Positions 62,555 to 64,000 of a stretch of 64,000 bases of DNA are shown piece after piece. Numbering within the stretch: position 1 is the first letter of the stretch; each line of letters opens with the position of its first letter. This DNA is from an uncultured Gemmatimonadales bacterium (GTDB taxonomy: Bacteria; Gemmatimonadota; Gemmatimonadetes; Gemmatimonadales; GWC2-71-9), in assembly GCA_963795085.1 (NCBI GenBank), contig CAWCFX010000006.1, forward strand, positions 160,001 through 224,000, written 5' to 3'. The notes under the pieces are model-generated. The model made no database searches, was not told the origin of the DNA, and saw only the letters and a list, made by a program, of their open reading frames with translations. The position numbers and the translations under genes are program-made.

Positions 62555-63718
62555 CTAGGCCGGGATCACGCAAACGACCGCGGTACAGTTGTGGAACCCG
62601 CTGAACTGTCCTTCGGCCCGCGCCACCTGCCCGTACGTATTGAGACCGACATACCTGGTTTCCCCCAGTTCGCCGGCGAGGGCAGCCAGTTCCTGCCCAA
62701 ATTCCTTGCCCAGGCGCAGGCGGGTGGCGACGCAGTCAAAGAAGAGGGCCACCGCCGGCGGGTGGCCCGCCAGTTGGTCGAGCGCATCGCGGGCCGCGGC
62801 TGCTGCCGCCTCAGCCGCGGATGCCGACGTTGTCTTCATGATGCTCACCACCGTGCCGGCGGGAATTTCTGCGGCACAGGTGACGCAGCCGTCCGCGTCC
62901 AACCCCAGGGGCACCCGGAGCCGGTGCTCTTCGCCGGCCTGGACGCCCAGGATATTGTGGAGAAAGAAGGGGACCGGGTCTTCATGGTCGAAGGGCTGGC
63001 CGGTGGCGCTGGCGTGGGCATCGAAAACCTCGACGGCTGGGGCGGCATTGAGGCTGGACAGTACCATGCCCTCCGCGGTCGTCACCCGGACGGGATCGGT
63101 CGCGGGCTGCCACCCGTGGCGGACCCCCACCCCGATCGGCTTGTGGGACAGGATCTCCAGCGCCACGACCGCATTCGTCCGCGCCTCGGTGCCGGCAAAC
63201 ACCATGGTTTCCTGGAAACGGGCGTCGTCACCCGCGCCCCCTCCAAAGAACTGGTAAGTCCCGCCGGTCAGCATCGTCAGTTCTTCCACCAATCCGTCCG
63301 CATGGCCGGCGAGCGCGTCCATCAGCACCAGCGCCGACCGATACCGGAAGTCATGCGAGCTCAATCCACTGAAGCCACGAGCCAGCTCGGCGGCGGCCGC
63401 GGAATAATCTTCCCGGACGTCGCCGGCCATGACGCCGCGGAACTTCATGGAATCCGAATGCAGGGCCACCGCGCAACTCATGCCCTCTCCCTGCCCTTCG
63501 CTGGTGAACTCCCCCGCGCTGGAGCATCCCACCATCACCTCGGGCTGGCAGGCTCCCCGCAGCGATGTCAGTAGTTCCCCATAGTTGTTGCGGGAGGAAG
63601 CAAAGACGATCAGCGCATGGGGAACCCGCCCGCTCAGTTGACTCTTCAGGTCGGCGCCGAGGGCCTGCCCGGCGGCGCGGTCCGTGAGAGAAGTTTGAGC
63701 AATCGCCGCTATCGTCAT
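62555..63718 (-). CDS. FIST-domain signal transduction protein (NosP-like)
   Basis: VGCSSAGE, FFGGGAGDD, HGWQP, FFDCVATR, GLNTYGQ, FHNCT. Confidence 0.88.
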   Translation of the reverse strand: MTIAAIAQTSLTDRAAGQALGADLKSQLSGRVPHALIVFASSRNNYGELLTSLRGACQPEVMVGCSSAGEFTSEGQGEGMSCAVALHSDSMKFRGVMAGDVREDYSAAAAELARGFSGLSSHDFRYRSALVLMDALAGHADGLVEELTMLTGGTYQFFGGGAGDDARFQETMVFAGTEARTNAVVALEILSHKPIGVGVRHGWQPATDPVRVTTAEGMVLSSLNAAPAVEVFDAHASATGQPFDHEDPVPFFLHNILGVQAGEEHRLRVPLGLDADGCVTCAAEIPAGTVVSIMKTTSASAAEAAAAAARDALDQLAGHPPAVALFFDCVATRLRLGKEFGQELAALAGELGETRYVGLNTYGQVARAEGQFSGFHNCTAVVCVIPA

Positions 63719-64000
63719 AGAGCCTGGAATTCTGGAAGGGAGAAGCCGGGGGGAGAAAAGGCGGGGAATCGGCGCGAAGAATACACCCAGGTACCAAGCG
63801 CCTCAAGGTCGCTGCCACTCCGGCCGGTCGGGGATCGGATGAGAGCCGCCCAGCGCCGCGACCCACCCGGAACCCCCGGTCCGCCGCCGGGCTACGCCGA
63901 AGGGCACGGAAAAGAGGCTAGATTACACGAGATCACAGATGGCCGGTAATCACCCCGATCCCAAGAGTCGAGCCATGCAGCGACTGACCATGCTCTTTTC

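Noticed and set aside
63976..64000. Start of a + strand gene (MQRLTMLF...)
   Set aside because: Too little sequence at the window edge to call.

Overview
High-GC bacterial chromosomal window. Gene content and style (many lipoproteins, a BTAD-TPR regulator, hybrid kinases, leaderless-type starts) suggest Gemmatimonadota, which is an inference. It is mostly housekeeping: ccmE/F/H cytochrome c maturation, glpK, mtnA, recF-dciA-gyrB, ligA, pyrimidine nucleoside phosphorylase, tldD/E, folE-PTPS, sbcDC and two-component systems. I see no transposase, integrase, CRISPR array, rRNA or tRNA. Best leads: (1) a 13.4-16.8 kb module of two paralogous ZU5-like lipoproteins ending HF|SRYAVA(W/Y) plus a TPR-HD-GYP protein, each gene with a sigma54-type -24/-12 motif, and both lipoprotein leaders sharing a covarying RNA structure; (2) DUF2239 under a perfect TTGACA/TATAAT promoter with paired ACCCGGGT palindromes, a probable unrecognised autorepressor; (3) a probable 6S RNA at about 52.9-53.0 kb; (4) a PTPS-II/folE/SDR operon resembling tetrahydrobiopterin synthesis; (5) a CxxxY-type CcmE with a Tat-signal, Cys-rich CcmH; (6) a protein resembling the plant XLG/EDR4 N-terminal domain; (7) a +1 frameshift in an acyl-CoA ligase; (8) several short intergenic tandem repeats. 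All family calls come from motif recognition, not database searches.
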